64,000 nucleotides of DNA from an uncultured virus (IMG/VR IMGVR_UViG_3300013232_000195) (Duplodnaviria; Heunggongvirae; Uroviricota; Caudoviricetes). Below are positions 38,013-47,545 of the stretch, piece after piece. Location of the stretch: IMG/VR virus record IMGVR_UViG_3300013232_000195; one strand, written 5' to 3'. The position numbers were made by a program, and so were the translations under genes. The notes below the pieces were generated by a model. The model saw nothing but the letters and a program-made list of their open reading frames with translations, was not told where the DNA came from and ran no database searches. Every line of letters begins with the position of its first letter. Position 1 is the first letter of the stretch.

Positions 38013-38642
38013 CTACCCCGCTTTCTTGCCGACTTCTCGGCTGTAGATTCGGTGGGCCGTCATTCCTCGGACCTCACGGAGACCCAGTTCCTTCTCAATC
38101 TGGTAGAAGGCCATCCCCTTCTTCCTCAGGGAGACGACTTTCTTCCTCAGCGCCGTCGGGGCGTTCTTTGCGGTGAAGCCCTCCTTGGGTTCAAGCTTGA
38201 CAAGCTCTTCGGCATCGTCCTTGGCGAGGATGATTTCCTCTTCCTCGGTCTCGGTTTCTTGCGCATGCTCCTCAGTGACCCGGGTCGCGATGACGGACAA
38301 GATCTTGTTGAGGTCGATATCCGCGATCTCGCGGTTCAAGGCCTCGACTTCGATGACGCGGCGCCACATGCCCATGGTGATGTTGCCCTGGTAGATCTCG
38401 TCGGAGCGGAACTTGATCTGCTTGTGGATCTTCTCGGCTGGCACGAACTTGCCTTGGATGTTGATCTTCCCAGTGGGCTTGACGAGAGGGCTCTTCAGAG
38501 CAAGGAGAGCGCCTCGGACTTGTTCGTTGTCCATTTCAAGGGCTTTGTCGACGAGAGTACTTAGTTGCTCGTCGAGACCTTTCTCCTTGAAGCTGGATTC
38601 CATTTCCAACGTTAGTTGCTGAACGACCTCTGACCTATCCAT
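38013..38642 (-). CDS. hypothetical protein with C-terminal HTH-like segment
   Basis: LRKKGMAFYQIEKELG; AAAGGA RBS. Confidence 0.65.
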   Translation of the reverse strand: MDRSEVVQQLTLEMESSFKEKGLDEQLSTLVDKALEMDNEQVRGALLALKSPLVKPTGKINIQGKFVPAEKIHKQIKFRSDEIYQGNITMGMWRRVIEVEALNREIADIDLNKILSVIATRVTEEHAQETETEEEEIILAKDDAEELVKLEPKEGFTAKNAPTALRKKVVSLRKKGMAFYQIEKELGLREVRGMTAHRIYSREVGKKAG

Positions 38643-38811
38643 TTTTTCCGTCCTTTCAATGCCCCCCGTAGGGGTACTCCATGGTTTGCCCGACCTTGTA
38701 CTCTAGACCATTGCTAGAGTTCTAGTCATATCCTCGGACCCGATCGGTCCCATGTCTTGTTAGGGTAATGCGTGGGTAATGCGCGGGTAGGATGCCTTAC
38801 GGCGGGAGATG

Positions 38812-38900
38812 AGACCTCTGGCGGGTTCGAACCACCGTCTCCAGGCGATCTTCGGGTATTCCCTAGAGCCTGGCGTCCTAGGCCACTAGACGAAGAGGTC
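38812..38900 (-). tRNA. tRNA-like gene with 16-nt insertion in anticodon loop (CUA if spliced at 37/38)
   Basis: GACCTCT/AGAGGTC acceptor, GTCTAGTGGCCTAGGAC D-arm, CCAGG/CCTGG anticodon stem with 23-nt loop, GGTGG-TTCGAAC-CCGCC T-arm; no encoded CCA. Confidence 0.75.
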
Positions 38901-39017
38901 TAAAAGTGACGGGGAATCTCTTGCGAGATTCCCCGTCTTGTATTTCCTCGGACTTCCCGCTGGATGTCGGAGGCGTTTCGTAGCGGAACGAATCAAGGGT
39001 TCGACGCTTGTCGGCGT

Positions 39018-39407
39018 TTAGACCTCGACGGGCTCCGCTTTCTGAACCTCGACGGGTTCGGCCTTCGGAACCTTTGCGGCGGCTCGGCGTTTCGCGGCGA
39101 GAAGCCGTTTTCCATCGTTTCGGGCGTTCCAGAAGTTCATGCCGTTCCGCCACTTACAGTGGAGGATGCATTCGCCGATGCGATCAGGGACGTTGCCTTT
39201 GGAGTAGAGGAGGTGAGCGAGGACGCGGTCGTTGGGGGTGAGCCAGCGTTTCTTGGAACCGTTCTTGCTGGCGCTGGTTCGGGACCAGCCCTTGCGTTCG
39301 TTGAAGTTATCGCGGGCACGGCGACGAAGATGTTCGTCGGTGATTGCGGCGATGACTTCCAGGACTTCCTCACGACTCGGGCGGGGGTATTTCTTGGACT
39401 TCGACAT
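39018..39407 (-). CDS. basic hypothetical protein
   Basis: AAAGGA RBS. Confidence 0.6.
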   Translation of the reverse strand: MSKSKKYPRPSREEVLEVIAAITDEHLRRRARDNFNERKGWSRTSASKNGSKKRWLTPNDRVLAHLLYSKGNVPDRIGECILHCKWRNGMNFWNARNDGKRLLAAKRRAAAKVPKAEPVEVQKAEPVEV

Positions 39408-39569
39408 GGCAGTTTCCTTTCGTTTTGAGTCCTCTCTAGGACTCCGTTGTACGACTGTTTTCGATCTTGTCTCCACAAGGAGACCTTTTACATCGGGGGC
39501 CTGCCACAGTCCCCAGCGCCCCGAAGTCTCTCGCCTCCCCGAGAGGACTCCCTAGCGCCTTGCTAGGGA

Positions 39570-39598
39570 AACATACCTCACGAGGATTAGATTGTCAA
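39570..39598 (-). promoter_or_regulatory. sigma70-like promoter
   Basis: - strand TTGACA-17bp-TATGTT. Confidence 0.65.
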
Positions 39599-39645
39599 GC
39601 ACTTCCTAGAATTTGCCCCGTTGTGCCTAATCCCAATTTCAAGAC

Positions 39646-40056
39646 CTAATCGTCCATGAAATTCTTCACGCTTCCGAACAGCATGGAGATGGGGGCCATG
39701 CACAACCAGAGGACACCGACTATGGCCAAGAGGGGAATTGTGATCGGCCAGAAGGGAGGCAGAGCGAGGATCATTGCCACCCCGACCAATCCACCCTTGA
39801 TGATCTTCCCGCCTCCGCCACCCGAACCGCAAGAAATTCCGCTGAAGCACCGTCCAACAATCCAGATGCAGAACAAGAATCCACCGACCCCTAGGACGAT
39901 TTCCCAGCAAGTCAAGGCGATGAAGCAGACGATGGACAAGGGGGCAGTGAGGGCCGCGAGTCCAGTGGGTTCGTTGGTAGTCCAGCTACGACCCAGAACC
40001 TTGCAACTCCAGACGAAGGCTAGGATTGAAGCGAGTACGCCAAGTGAAGTCAGCAT
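39646..40056 (-). CDS. membrane protein
   Basis: Multiple hydrophobic helices; RBS after repeat. Confidence 0.7.
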   Translation of the reverse strand: MLTSLGVLASILAFVWSCKVLGRSWTTNEPTGLAALTAPLSIVCFIALTCWEIVLGVGGFLFCIWIVGRCFSGISCGSGGGGGKIIKGGLVGVAMILALPPFWPITIPLLAIVGVLWLCMAPISMLFGSVKNFMDD

Positions 40057-40098
40057 TTTGACGTCTCCTTTCAATCCTAGTCTGGGACCCGATCGGCC

Positions 40099-40341
40099 CT
40101 AGTGTCCAGTGTAGAAGGGCTTGTCCTTGGTCAACTCGACGACATTGCCCTCGGGAATACGATCAGCCCGCCTTGACCCGTCAATGACGAAGTTGGTGAT
40201 GCCGAACTTGCGTTCGATGTAGTCCTCGGCGATGGCTTTGGCCGCTTCGGCATCTTTGGCCTTGACGAAGACGACCTTGGTCTCGTTCTTGTTGCGAGGG
40301 AGCTTGATCCAGGTAACGCGGAACTCGGTCAGGTCGAACAT
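40099..40341 (-). CDS. hypothetical protein
   Basis: AAGGAG RBS. Confidence 0.65.
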   Translation of the reverse strand: MFDLTEFRVTWIKLPRNKNETKVVFVKAKDAEAAKAIAEDYIERKFGITNFVIDGSRRADRIPEGNVVELTKDKPFYTGH

Positions 40342-40404
40342 TGTCTTTCTCCTTGGCGCGAAGTTAAGGGCCTCGTAGCGCCAATTGGGCCTCATGTCAT
40401 GTCG

Positions 40405-40674
40405 CTAGCGTTCTAGCGACTCCAAGTATTCCTCTGCCTCGTCGAAGAACATCTCCTTGCGCCCGATCCTTACTTTCGCCAGGCCGTGGCAATCCAAGTG
40501 ATCGCGAACTTCATCCACATCGGTCTTGAACTTGGCGGGCCAGTTGAGGGAATCAAGATCAACTTTGTTGTTCTCGTCGGTGAAGAACATGTGTTGGAGC
40601 GTCCTGGCGAGACGGACGAGGGAACGTTTGGACATCTTCGCCGGATCGACCAGTTTCATCTTGGGCGGCTTCAT
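40405..40674 (-). CDS. hypothetical protein
   Basis: RBS after repeat. Confidence 0.65.
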   Translation of the reverse strand: MKPPKMKLVDPAKMSKRSLVRLARTLQHMFFTDENNKVDLDSLNWPAKFKTDVDEVRDHLDCHGLAKVRIGRKEMFFDEAEEYLESLER

Positions 40675-40716
40675 GAAATCTGTCTCCTTTGAAGATTGCC
40701 TAGGACCCGATCGGTC

Positions 40717-41181
40717 CTAGGACAATTCCGCCTCGGCCCGATTGATGTCGTCCTCCATGAGGTCCTCGTTGAAGTCTCGGTTAGTCTGTCTGGCTTCCTT
40801 CACTCTGAGGCCAGTGAGTGGTCCGAAGGCGACAGTGGGCGAGAACTTGAAGAGTTTGCCGTCGGACTTACGGGCGGCGAGGATGCAGTTCCTTGAGCGG
40901 GGGAGGAGGCCACGAACCACGTACGTCTTTCCACCAGAAGTGAACTCTTTGCCGAGTCCGTCCTCGGGGAGGCCGAACATGTATGACTGGAACTTGTAGT
41001 CCTCGGCTTCCTTGGAGACCACAGAACCGTCCTTTTTCATTTCGGCGAACTCAAACTTCAAGGAACAGAATCCATCGTGAATAGACCCACTCTTGTAGGT
41101 GGCCTTGATGCCTTCCTGTTCCAAGGCCTTCAAGAGCTTGGTTGCGGCGTCGATCACGTGTCGGGCGCGTTGCTTGTCCAT
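40717..41181 (-). CDS. hypothetical protein
   Basis: Repeat-flanked, AAGGAG RBS. Confidence 0.7.
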   Translation of the reverse strand: MDKQRARHVIDAATKLLKALEQEGIKATYKSGSIHDGFCSLKFEFAEMKKDGSVVSKEAEDYKFQSYMFGLPEDGLGKEFTSGGKTYVVRGLLPRSRNCILAARKSDGKLFKFSPTVAFGPLTGLRVKEARQTNRDFNEDLMEDDINRAEAELS

Positions 41182-41222
41182 GTTTCAAGTCTCCTTTAAG
41201 GGTTGTCTGGGACCCGAATGGC

Positions 41223-41576
41223 CTAGCATTTCTTCTTGCAATGTTGGCAATCGCACGGTTTGTTGTAAGAGCGATGATTGGCATTCTCATGCCAATGCTT
41301 CTTGTAGAAGGTGAGGTAAGGGGGCATGTCACCCTTGACGACGAAGTACTTGAGAGCAACCGCGATGTAGTACTCTTGCTTGGTGAGGGGGAACCCTCCC
41401 ATGATGCGAATGGCGATGTCTGTGAAGAAGTCTTGCGTCTTGGGGAATTGCTTGGGAGCAAGGTCGTCCATGTGACCACGCTCGGCCCGTTCGACGACAT
41501 GGGCGAAGTCGGTCTCCTTGACCTTCTTGCCCCAGTAGTTCATCAACTTGCGTTCGTCAGACAGTTTGGGCTTCAT
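41223..41576 (-). CDS. hypothetical protein
   Basis: TAGGAG RBS. Confidence 0.65.
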   Translation of the reverse strand: MKPKLSDERKLMNYWGKKVKETDFAHVVERAERGHMDDLAPKQFPKTQDFFTDIAIRIMGGFPLTKQEYYIAVALKYFVVKGDMPPYLTFYKKHWHENANHRSYNKPCDCQHCKKKC

Positions 41577-41585
41577 GGAAGGCTC

Positions 41586-41891
41586 CTAGTACCACTTGCC
41601 AGCTTTGATCTCGCTCAACATGTACTCCATGTTTTCCTTGGCTGACTTCTGCAACGCCTCGGGAGTACGATCCTCGCATGCCCAATCGGCCCAATGCCGT
41701 CCAGGCCTTGAGTTACACCACTCGAAGAACATGTCCTCGCTCAGGCCCAGCTCCGTCGCCGCTCGGCAGACGGCATTTTCGGCTTTGGCGCGGAACTTCT
41801 TGGGGAGCTCTTCAACGGTTCCGAGGAATCCGTATCCGCCCCATTCCTCTCGCTCACAGAACTTGTCGAGGGTCTTGCGTGTGAATTTCAT
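41586..41891 (-). CDS. hypothetical protein
   Basis: AGGAGG RBS after repeat. Confidence 0.65.
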   Translation of the reverse strand: MKFTRKTLDKFCEREEWGGYGFLGTVEELPKKFRAKAENAVCRAATELGLSEDMFFEWCNSRPGRHWADWACEDRTPEALQKSAKENMEYMLSEIKAGKWY

Positions 41892-41939
41892 TTTGTATCC
41901 TCCTAGATCAAGTCTGGGACCCGATCGGGCCAGTCGGCG

Positions 41940-43004
41940 TTACTCCTCTTCGGCCTTGTACTTCAACTGGTCCATGTCGCAAGCCACTTGGTCGAGGTCG
42001 TCACGGATGCCGATCAAGGTCGGCTGATACAGACTGCCACCCTTGTAGGCATACAGATACCGAATCTCGACGATGTCCCCAGCCTTGGGGATGGGTTGGT
42101 TTGCGGGAACCGTACAGTTTCCCACGTTCACGACAGCAATGTCTCGCGGCCCCTTCACGTCGTTCAAAGCAAGGCCAATGCTTCGCTTGCCGTCTCGACC
42201 AGCAACCACCATGCAGGAGCAAGTGGCGTAGAACTTGTGTTTGAGCATGTCTCCGCCAGAGGATGGGCGACCAGGCTTGTAGATGGAGGACAAGCGCTTG
42301 AAGACGATGCCTTCCTTGTTCTCCTTCTTGAGCTTCTCGTACAATGCCCGCTTGTTAGCCTCGGTTCGGGCCAATGGTACGACCTTGACCGCAGTCATGC
42401 CGACAAGCCCATCCAACTGGAAGTGTCTGTCGTCGTAAGGGCTTGCGCGGAGGTCTTTTCCGTCGGAGGACAAGCAATCGAAGACGTGGTACGTGTCCCC
42501 GATCATCTCGCCGTCCAGTTCCACGACAAATCCTTCCAAGGCCTTGGCGACTGGTTCTGGGATGCCGACTTGGAGGCCTTTGCGGTTGGAGGCGACGACA
42601 ACACCGTCCGCCTTGACCATGATATGCTTGCCGTCCTTCTTTTCCTGGGCGCCCCACTGAGGGTTCTTGAGGTACTGCTCGACCTCGCACTCGTCGATGG
42701 GGTTGAGAAGTTGAGGGAACATCCCCGTGACGCGATCTTGCTTGTCGCCGCCGACGTAGGGTGTTCCCTCGGTTCCTTCGGTGTATCCTTTGGCCATCTG
42801 CTTCTTGACGATATCGGCGAAGATTTTCTCGGCCTTGTCAAGGGGCAGTGGGGAAGGGGTCTTGCAACCGTCGGTCAACGTTGAGCCTCGGCGACCGTAC
42901 TGGAACTTGACCAGATACAGATCGCTTCCTGGGGCTTGGACGACTTGGACGTGGTATTCCTTGTCGCTTGAGCCTTCCTTGTAGAACAAGCTGATCTTCT
43001 TCAT
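41940..43004 (-). CDS. WGR-domain ATP-dependent DNA ligase-like protein
   Basis: SDKEY...YGRRG WGR domain; EKKDG, LDGE, FDCL, EGIVFK, KHK; OB-like C-terminus (EIRY). Confidence 0.88.
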   Translation of the reverse strand: MKKISLFYKEGSSDKEYHVQVVQAPGSDLYLVKFQYGRRGSTLTDGCKTPSPLPLDKAEKIFADIVKKQMAKGYTEGTEGTPYVGGDKQDRVTGMFPQLLNPIDECEVEQYLKNPQWGAQEKKDGKHIMVKADGVVVASNRKGLQVGIPEPVAKALEGFVVELDGEMIGDTYHVFDCLSSDGKDLRASPYDDRHFQLDGLVGMTAVKVVPLARTEANKRALYEKLKKENKEGIVFKRLSSIYKPGRPSSGGDMLKHKFYATCSCMVVAGRDGKRSIGLALNDVKGPRDIAVVNVGNCTVPANQPIPKAGDIVEIRYLYAYKGGSLYQPTLIGIRDDLDQVACDMDQLKYKAEEE

Positions 43005-43053
43005 CTCGTGTTCTCCTCTGGAGGATGTCTGGGACCCGATCGGTCTCACAACC

Positions 43054-43488
43054 TTACCAAAAATAAGGGCAACGGGACGGGTCCCTTCTCCGATTGTGGT
43101 ATTCCGTGCTCGTTTCGCCGATTACGCGGACAGCATGCCCTTTACGGAGCAACCATCCATTCATGCCGTTCCTTGGCTGTAAGCGCATGAACATTTCGAT
43201 GTCCGCATTAGTGAATCCCCTTGAGAACAGGAGTTCAGCCGTTTCCTTGCAGACGATGTTTTTGTGTTTCCCAGCTTTGCGCCTCAAAGTATCGCGGTAA
43301 CTCCCTGAGAACTCAAAAGGCATCTCTGGAGAGTTCGTCACCATGAACCTGGGGTAGTCGCTCAGACTTAGGTGGCAGGGAGTCCAGTTGGAGATAATGT
43401 TCTTAATGTACTCCTCGCATTTTGATTTTGACTTACTCCAGAACTGGTGTCTTGGGGAGTTGTCTCGAAAAACGTAATACGTAAACAT
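43054..43488 (-). CDS. hypothetical protein
   Basis: Repeat-flanked, more AT-rich. Confidence 0.6.
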   Translation of the reverse strand: MFTYYVFRDNSPRHQFWSKSKSKCEEYIKNIISNWTPCHLSLSDYPRFMVTNSPEMPFEFSGSYRDTLRRKAGKHKNIVCKETAELLFSRGFTNADIEMFMRLQPRNGMNGWLLRKGHAVRVIGETSTEYHNRRRDPSRCPYFW

Positions 43489-43533
43489 GTTTTCCTCTCC
43501 TTTGAATGTGGTCTGGGACCCGATCGGTCGGCG

Positions 43534-43752
43534 TTATGTCAGACCATTGTGAACCAACGCATGAAGTTCAATGAACTCTTTGTCAGAGAGTGACTTCGGC
43601 GCAAGCCGCGACATGATGTAATCCGTGGCGTCCATGGACGCTGACCCCAAGCTGTTGTACCCAGGGAACAAGTTACGGGCCTCGTGGAACAACTCGTCCG
43701 CCCGCTTGGAGTAATACAACTTCTCGACACGACTCATCGGCTTGGTCTTCAT
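43534..43752 (-). CDS. hypothetical protein
   Basis: TAA stop within extended repeat. Confidence 0.55.
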   Translation of the reverse strand: MKTKPMSRVEKLYYSKRADELFHEARNLFPGYNSLGSASMDATDYIMSRLAPKSLSDKEFIELHALVHNGLT

Positions 43753-43765
43753 TTTGCCCTCGGCG

Positions 43766-44104
43766 TTACTGGTTGATCGGCTCCTGGAGGCAATGAGCCG
43801 CATTGCTCGGAGGCAAGCCCTTCTGCGTCCGCCACTCTTCCAGCAAGATCAACATCCGCTGGATGGCGGCAACCCCCATCGTCCCGCTCTTGTTGATAAT
43901 GTTCAACCCGGGATTCGGACCATCGGGTTCATGAATGATTGCCACATTGACAATCTTTCCACCACACGGTGGTTCGACATCAAAAGCGAGAACCATGTGG
44001 GCGTCAGCAACTCGCTTGCCTTCGGGAGAGGGGGTCCACGAGATTTCTCGTTCGCGAAGAATGACGTTCCCCATGGACATGCTTAGTTGTTTTGGCATTT
44101 GCAT
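43766..44104 (-). CDS. hypothetical protein
   Basis: GAGGAG RBS. Confidence 0.55.
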   Translation of the reverse strand: MQMPKQLSMSMGNVILREREISWTPSPEGKRVADAHMVLAFDVEPPCGGKIVNVAIIHEPDGPNPGLNIINKSGTMGVAAIQRMLILLEEWRTQKGLPPSNAAHCLQEPINQ

Positions 44105-44646
44105 TCTCTCCTCTTCGACGACCAGATCTGGAAATCGGTCTGCGTCGGATCACCGTCGCCGACCAGTTCGAGGTACGTCTTCTCCAACTCCGCGTACTTC
44201 TCCCGCTGAGTCGGAGTGTTCTTGGGCGCTTTCACTCCTCGTTCCCGCAACCACGCCAACACGTGACGATCAAGGATCGCAAACCGTTGGTTGGGACGGG
44301 TGAAACTCACGAAGAAGCGGGCCGTCTTCGGGCCGATGCCATGGAGTTGCTCCAGTTCGTCGATGGAGCAGTTCTCGACGTCGGGCTTGCTCTCACGGGC
44401 GAACTTGAGGAACCGCTTGTAGTTGCCCAGCTTATGCTTGTAGACGAGTTCCTCCAGCAACCCCTCCGAGTCCAACTGCTGCATGGCGGAGAAGATGCCA
44501 TCGTCGTTGGGATCGGCATCCTCGCAGAAGGCATTCACCTTGTTGAGGACGAGTTGGGCATTCTTGCCTGCGACCATCATGCAGAAGAGCAGGAAGGCCT
44601 CGCGTTCTTGCTGGGATCGTTCGTGGTTGATGTCGTTGTTGATCAT
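44083..44646 (-). CDS. HhH N-glycosylase/AP lyase (Ogg2-like 8-oxoguanine glycosylase)
   Basis: LHGIGPKTARFF helix-hairpin-helix with catalytic K, AILDRHV with catalytic D, Y.ELE. Confidence 0.8.
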   Translation of the reverse strand: MINNDINHERSQQEREAFLLFCMMVAGKNAQLVLNKVNAFCEDADPNDDGIFSAMQQLDSEGLLEELVYKHKLGNYKRFLKFARESKPDVENCSIDELEQLHGIGPKTARFFVSFTRPNQRFAILDRHVLAWLRERGVKAPKNTPTQREKYAELEKTYLELVGDGDPTQTDFQIWSSKRRECKCQNN

Positions 44647-44698
44647 TGGTCTCTCCCTCGTGAATTGGCTGGGACCCGAATGGACGTGGGGTATGGCA

Positions 44699-44965
44699 CT
44701 AGGAACGCATGGGTTCCATCATGGCCAGCGCTTCTTTGGGGGTGAGCTTGCGCCAACGTTTGGTCTTGTGGTTATAGGTTCGCTGAGAGGAAATCAAGAA
44801 GGCGATAACCTTGTCGCGGGGGCCAGAGAGGATGCCGTTAAGCTCCCCGTCCATCCACTCCGTCCCTTCCCAGTCGAGGCCACGACGCTTGAACTCCTTG
44901 GACATCTTGGTCATGTACTGGGGCATGATTGCGTAGTCGGTCTGGAAGTAATCGATCATTGGCAT
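44699..44965 (-). CDS. hypothetical protein
   Basis: AAGGAGG RBS after repeat. Confidence 0.6.
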   Translation of the reverse strand: MPMIDYFQTDYAIMPQYMTKMSKEFKRRGLDWEGTEWMDGELNGILSGPRDKVIAFLISSQRTYNHKTKRWRKLTPKEALAMMEPMRS

Positions 44966-45023
44966 TGGTTGCCTCCTTGCGTACTGGCTGGGACCCGATT
45001 GGTCGCAAGGAGATGGCACCAGA

Positions 45024-45398
45024 CTACATCATGGAGTACTTGGAGCCGATCTCGGTAAGTTGCTCCCAGAAGTCGGTTCCTTCCGCAGGCATCGCTTCCA
45101 GTTCTTCCTCGGCGATGTATTGGGCGCTGGTTCTGTCTTCATCAGAGCCACCAGCCATCAAGAGGAAACAAGCAGCCAAGAGTTCTGAATCGATGTCGGA
45201 AAGCTGGTTTGGCGTCAAGCCAGCCTTGGCAAGAACGGCCTCGACCTCATCGGCCATCTCGTCCCGCATGCCTGGAGCCCTGAAAGTCGCGATCTGGAGT
45301 TGTCCGCCAGAAGTCATGATGCCCCAGCCAAAGAAGACGGAGGGGTTCTTGAGGTCGAACGACCATTCTTCTTTGTAGTGGTAACAGTTGGTGGCCAT
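45024..45398 (-). CDS. hypothetical protein
   Basis: AAGGAG RBS. Confidence 0.65.
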   Translation of the reverse strand: MATNCYHYKEEWSFDLKNPSVFFGWGIMTSGGQLQIATFRAPGMRDEMADEVEAVLAKAGLTPNQLSDIDSELLAACFLLMAGGSDEDRTSAQYIAEEELEAMPAEGTDFWEQLTEIGSKYSMM

Positions 45399-45510
45399 TG
45401 GACTTGCTCCTTGCGGGCTAAATGATGGCAGACTACCTTATCACGGAGCCCGGGCCGTGAGTTTGGTGACGAGCCCTTCCTCCCGTCTGCCAGGGGCAGT
45501 GCCGTAAGTC

Positions 45511-45885
45511 TTAGCCCTGATTGCCTTCCAGAGGATCAGAACCATCATCTTCCACGACGGTCAAGCCTTCCATGAATCCGCCAGAGTATTCCCCGACGGT
45601 GGGGACGCCGTTCTTGTCGATGTCCAAGAACCCGATGTAGTTCTCTTTGTCGGGATCGTCCTCGCGACGGATTCGTTGCATCTCCTTGTCGCGGGCGGTG
45701 GTCGTCTTAAAAGGCCCGCGTACCTCGGCCTCGGTGTCACCAACGACCACGAGGATGTATCTCTTCGGGAAACTCAGAACCTTCTTTGATTTGTTGATGC
45801 GAGCAAGGAGTTGTCTGGTTGTTACCCTTTTGAATCCAAGCGCCTTGTTTTCTTCCTCGAACTCATCAACTCTTTTGCTCTTCAT
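45511..45885 (-). CDS. hypothetical protein
   Basis: GAGG RBS after repeat. Confidence 0.65.
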   Translation of the reverse strand: MKSKRVDEFEEENKALGFKRVTTRQLLARINKSKKVLSFPKRYILVVVGDTEAEVRGPFKTTTARDKEMQRIRREDDPDKENYIGFLDIDKNGVPTVGEYSGGFMEGLTVVEDDGSDPLEGNQG

Positions 45886-45927
45886 GGCATCCTCTCTTTC
45901 TTTGCTTAGGATCGGACCCGATCGCTC

Positions 45928-46149
45928 CTAGTCTGGTAGGTATTCTGGTTCTTCTGTCTGGTATGGGCCGTAACCACCAGGGATGACTTTTGGCTTACGG
46001 CCCTCATCCAAGGCCTTCCAGAAAGCCTTCTGTATGGTTCTCTCGTGGATTTTGGCATCTCGCTCACGACGGAACTTCTTTCCGTCGCTGGTGATCCACG
46101 GGCGACGTTTGCGGCGTATTAGCTTGTAGTCTGCCATCTTCATGTTCAT
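45928..46149 (-). CDS. hypothetical protein
   Basis: TAGGAG RBS. Confidence 0.55.
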   Translation of the reverse strand: MNMKMADYKLIRRKRRPWITSDGKKFRRERDAKIHERTIQKAFWKALDEGRKPKVIPGGYGPYQTEEPEYLPD

Positions 46150-46152
46150 CTC

Positions 46153-46467
46153 CTAGATGAAGGGCAGACAAGCCCGTTCCTTGCCGTTGACGACGTAACT
46201 GCCATTGCTCTCGCGGATGACCTCGCGCAGCTTGGCGGAAAGCTCGCAGATTGCCTCGTTGCGGGCATCCGTCCAGTTGCCATCGTTCATCTCGGCGAAG
46301 GCCAAGATGCTTTCGATGACGATCTTGCCGTACCCTTGCTGAAGCGTCCGATGCGTTCGGCGTAACTCGTCCAAGAAGCCTTCCACGAACTCGCGATCAC
46401 TGCAACAATTCACCCCGTCCATGATCTTGCGAGCAGCCTCGCGTCCAGCGTCTTCGTCGTTTCTCAT
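46153..46467 (-). CDS. hypothetical protein
   Basis: GGGAGG RBS after repeat; HRTLQQ motif. Confidence 0.65.
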   Translation of the reverse strand: MRNDEDAGREAARKIMDGVNCCSDREFVEGFLDELRRTHRTLQQGYGKIVIESILAFAEMNDGNWTDARNEAICELSAKLREVIRESNGSYVVNGKERACLPFI

Positions 46468-46514
46468 GTCAGTCCTCCCTTTCTCCACTTGGTCTGGGAC
46501 CCAAATGGTCGGCG

Positions 46515-46913
46515 TTATCGCACGTGAGATCGGAGCCAGGTCATGAGGATCTTCGCCCGCTTCGACGGTTTCTTGGTGAGGAACCCAGAGCCTCGGCCAT
46601 ACTCGTACTTGGGCCATGCATTGAACTGGTCCACGGTCGGGTCGAGGATGTCTCCCTCGGCGTTTTGGAGATACCAGTGAGTCGTGTTCTTGTCCATGCG
46701 AAGGACGTGAGGGAAATAGCCCAGGCCCTTGGCGACCAGGTGGTAGAGCGCCTCTGCGGTGACGTAGCAGTGGCCCTTGTACGGGGAATCGAACTGGCCC
46801 ACCCTCTTGCGCCATTCGGGCGTCAAGAGCTTGTGGGCATCCCAGCGGTACTGGGTGAGGAAGACGTTCACCCCACCCAGCAGTCGCCGCAACTTAGCTT
46901 GCTTCTTTTTCAT
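46515..46913 (-). CDS. hypothetical protein (GHCY...HW...D.T..QF, possible Cys-His-Asp fold)
   Basis: GHCYVTAEALY, THWYL, DPTVDQF. Confidence 0.65.
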   Translation of the reverse strand: MKKKQAKLRRLLGGVNVFLTQYRWDAHKLLTPEWRKRVGQFDSPYKGHCYVTAEALYHLVAKGLGYFPHVLRMDKNTTHWYLQNAEGDILDPTVDQFNAWPKYEYGRGSGFLTKKPSKRAKILMTWLRSHVR

Positions 46914-47502
46914 GTTTGATCCATGCCGCGAGGGATTCAATGTACGGCCCCCATTGGTCGGCCATTGCCTTAGCGATCCCAGTGAATGTCCGAGACCGTT
47001 CCTTCCATCGCGTCTCGCTCGGAGGAAGCATGTGAACCCGCTGTTCACGTCCGCTCACGACCTTGGTCGGAACCAAGTTCGGCAAGTTCTTCAACCACAA
47101 GCAAGTGGCCTTGCATTCCCCGTGGCCGAACATCCACGGTTGGATGACTTGGTTGGGCTTGCGGATCTTGGTCGAGATGATGGAGATGGGATTCTCCAAC
47201 GCAATGAAGGGGATGGGAGCATCAAGGAGGGAGCGGACGAACTTCAGCGCTTCCTTCTGCTCGTACTGCTTGAACTTGAACCACCGCGCCCCCGAGACAC
47301 ACAAGTGAGTGCAAGGAGGATGGGCCACCATGAGATCCCAGCCGTCGCCGATGATGTCGTTGACATCGCCTTGGTAGTGGTTGCCCTCTGCCTTCTCCGA
47401 GGGGAGGAGGTCGCAAGACCACGCTTCCCAGCCACGCTTGGCGAAGGCGTCCCGAACCGTCCCGCTGTACTCACACGCAACCAAAACACGAGGCTTTCGC
47501 AT
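46894..47502 (-). CDS. phage-type DNA cytosine methyltransferase
   Basis: VLVACEYSGTVRDAF, SCDL, AHPPCT, LENP, QPWMFGH, K.TCLWL, RSRTF.GIA.AMA.QWG. Confidence 0.85.
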   Translation of the reverse strand: MRKPRVLVACEYSGTVRDAFAKRGWEAWSCDLLPSEKAEGNHYQGDVNDIIGDGWDLMVAHPPCTHLCVSGARWFKFKQYEQKEALKFVRSLLDAPIPFIALENPISIISTKIRKPNQVIQPWMFGHGECKATCLWLKNLPNLVPTKVVSGREQRVHMLPPSETRWKERSRTFTGIAKAMADQWGPYIESLAAWIKHEKEAS

Positions 47503-47545
47503 TCGTTGATCTCCTTTATTTTGGTCTGGGACCCGAATGGACTGG

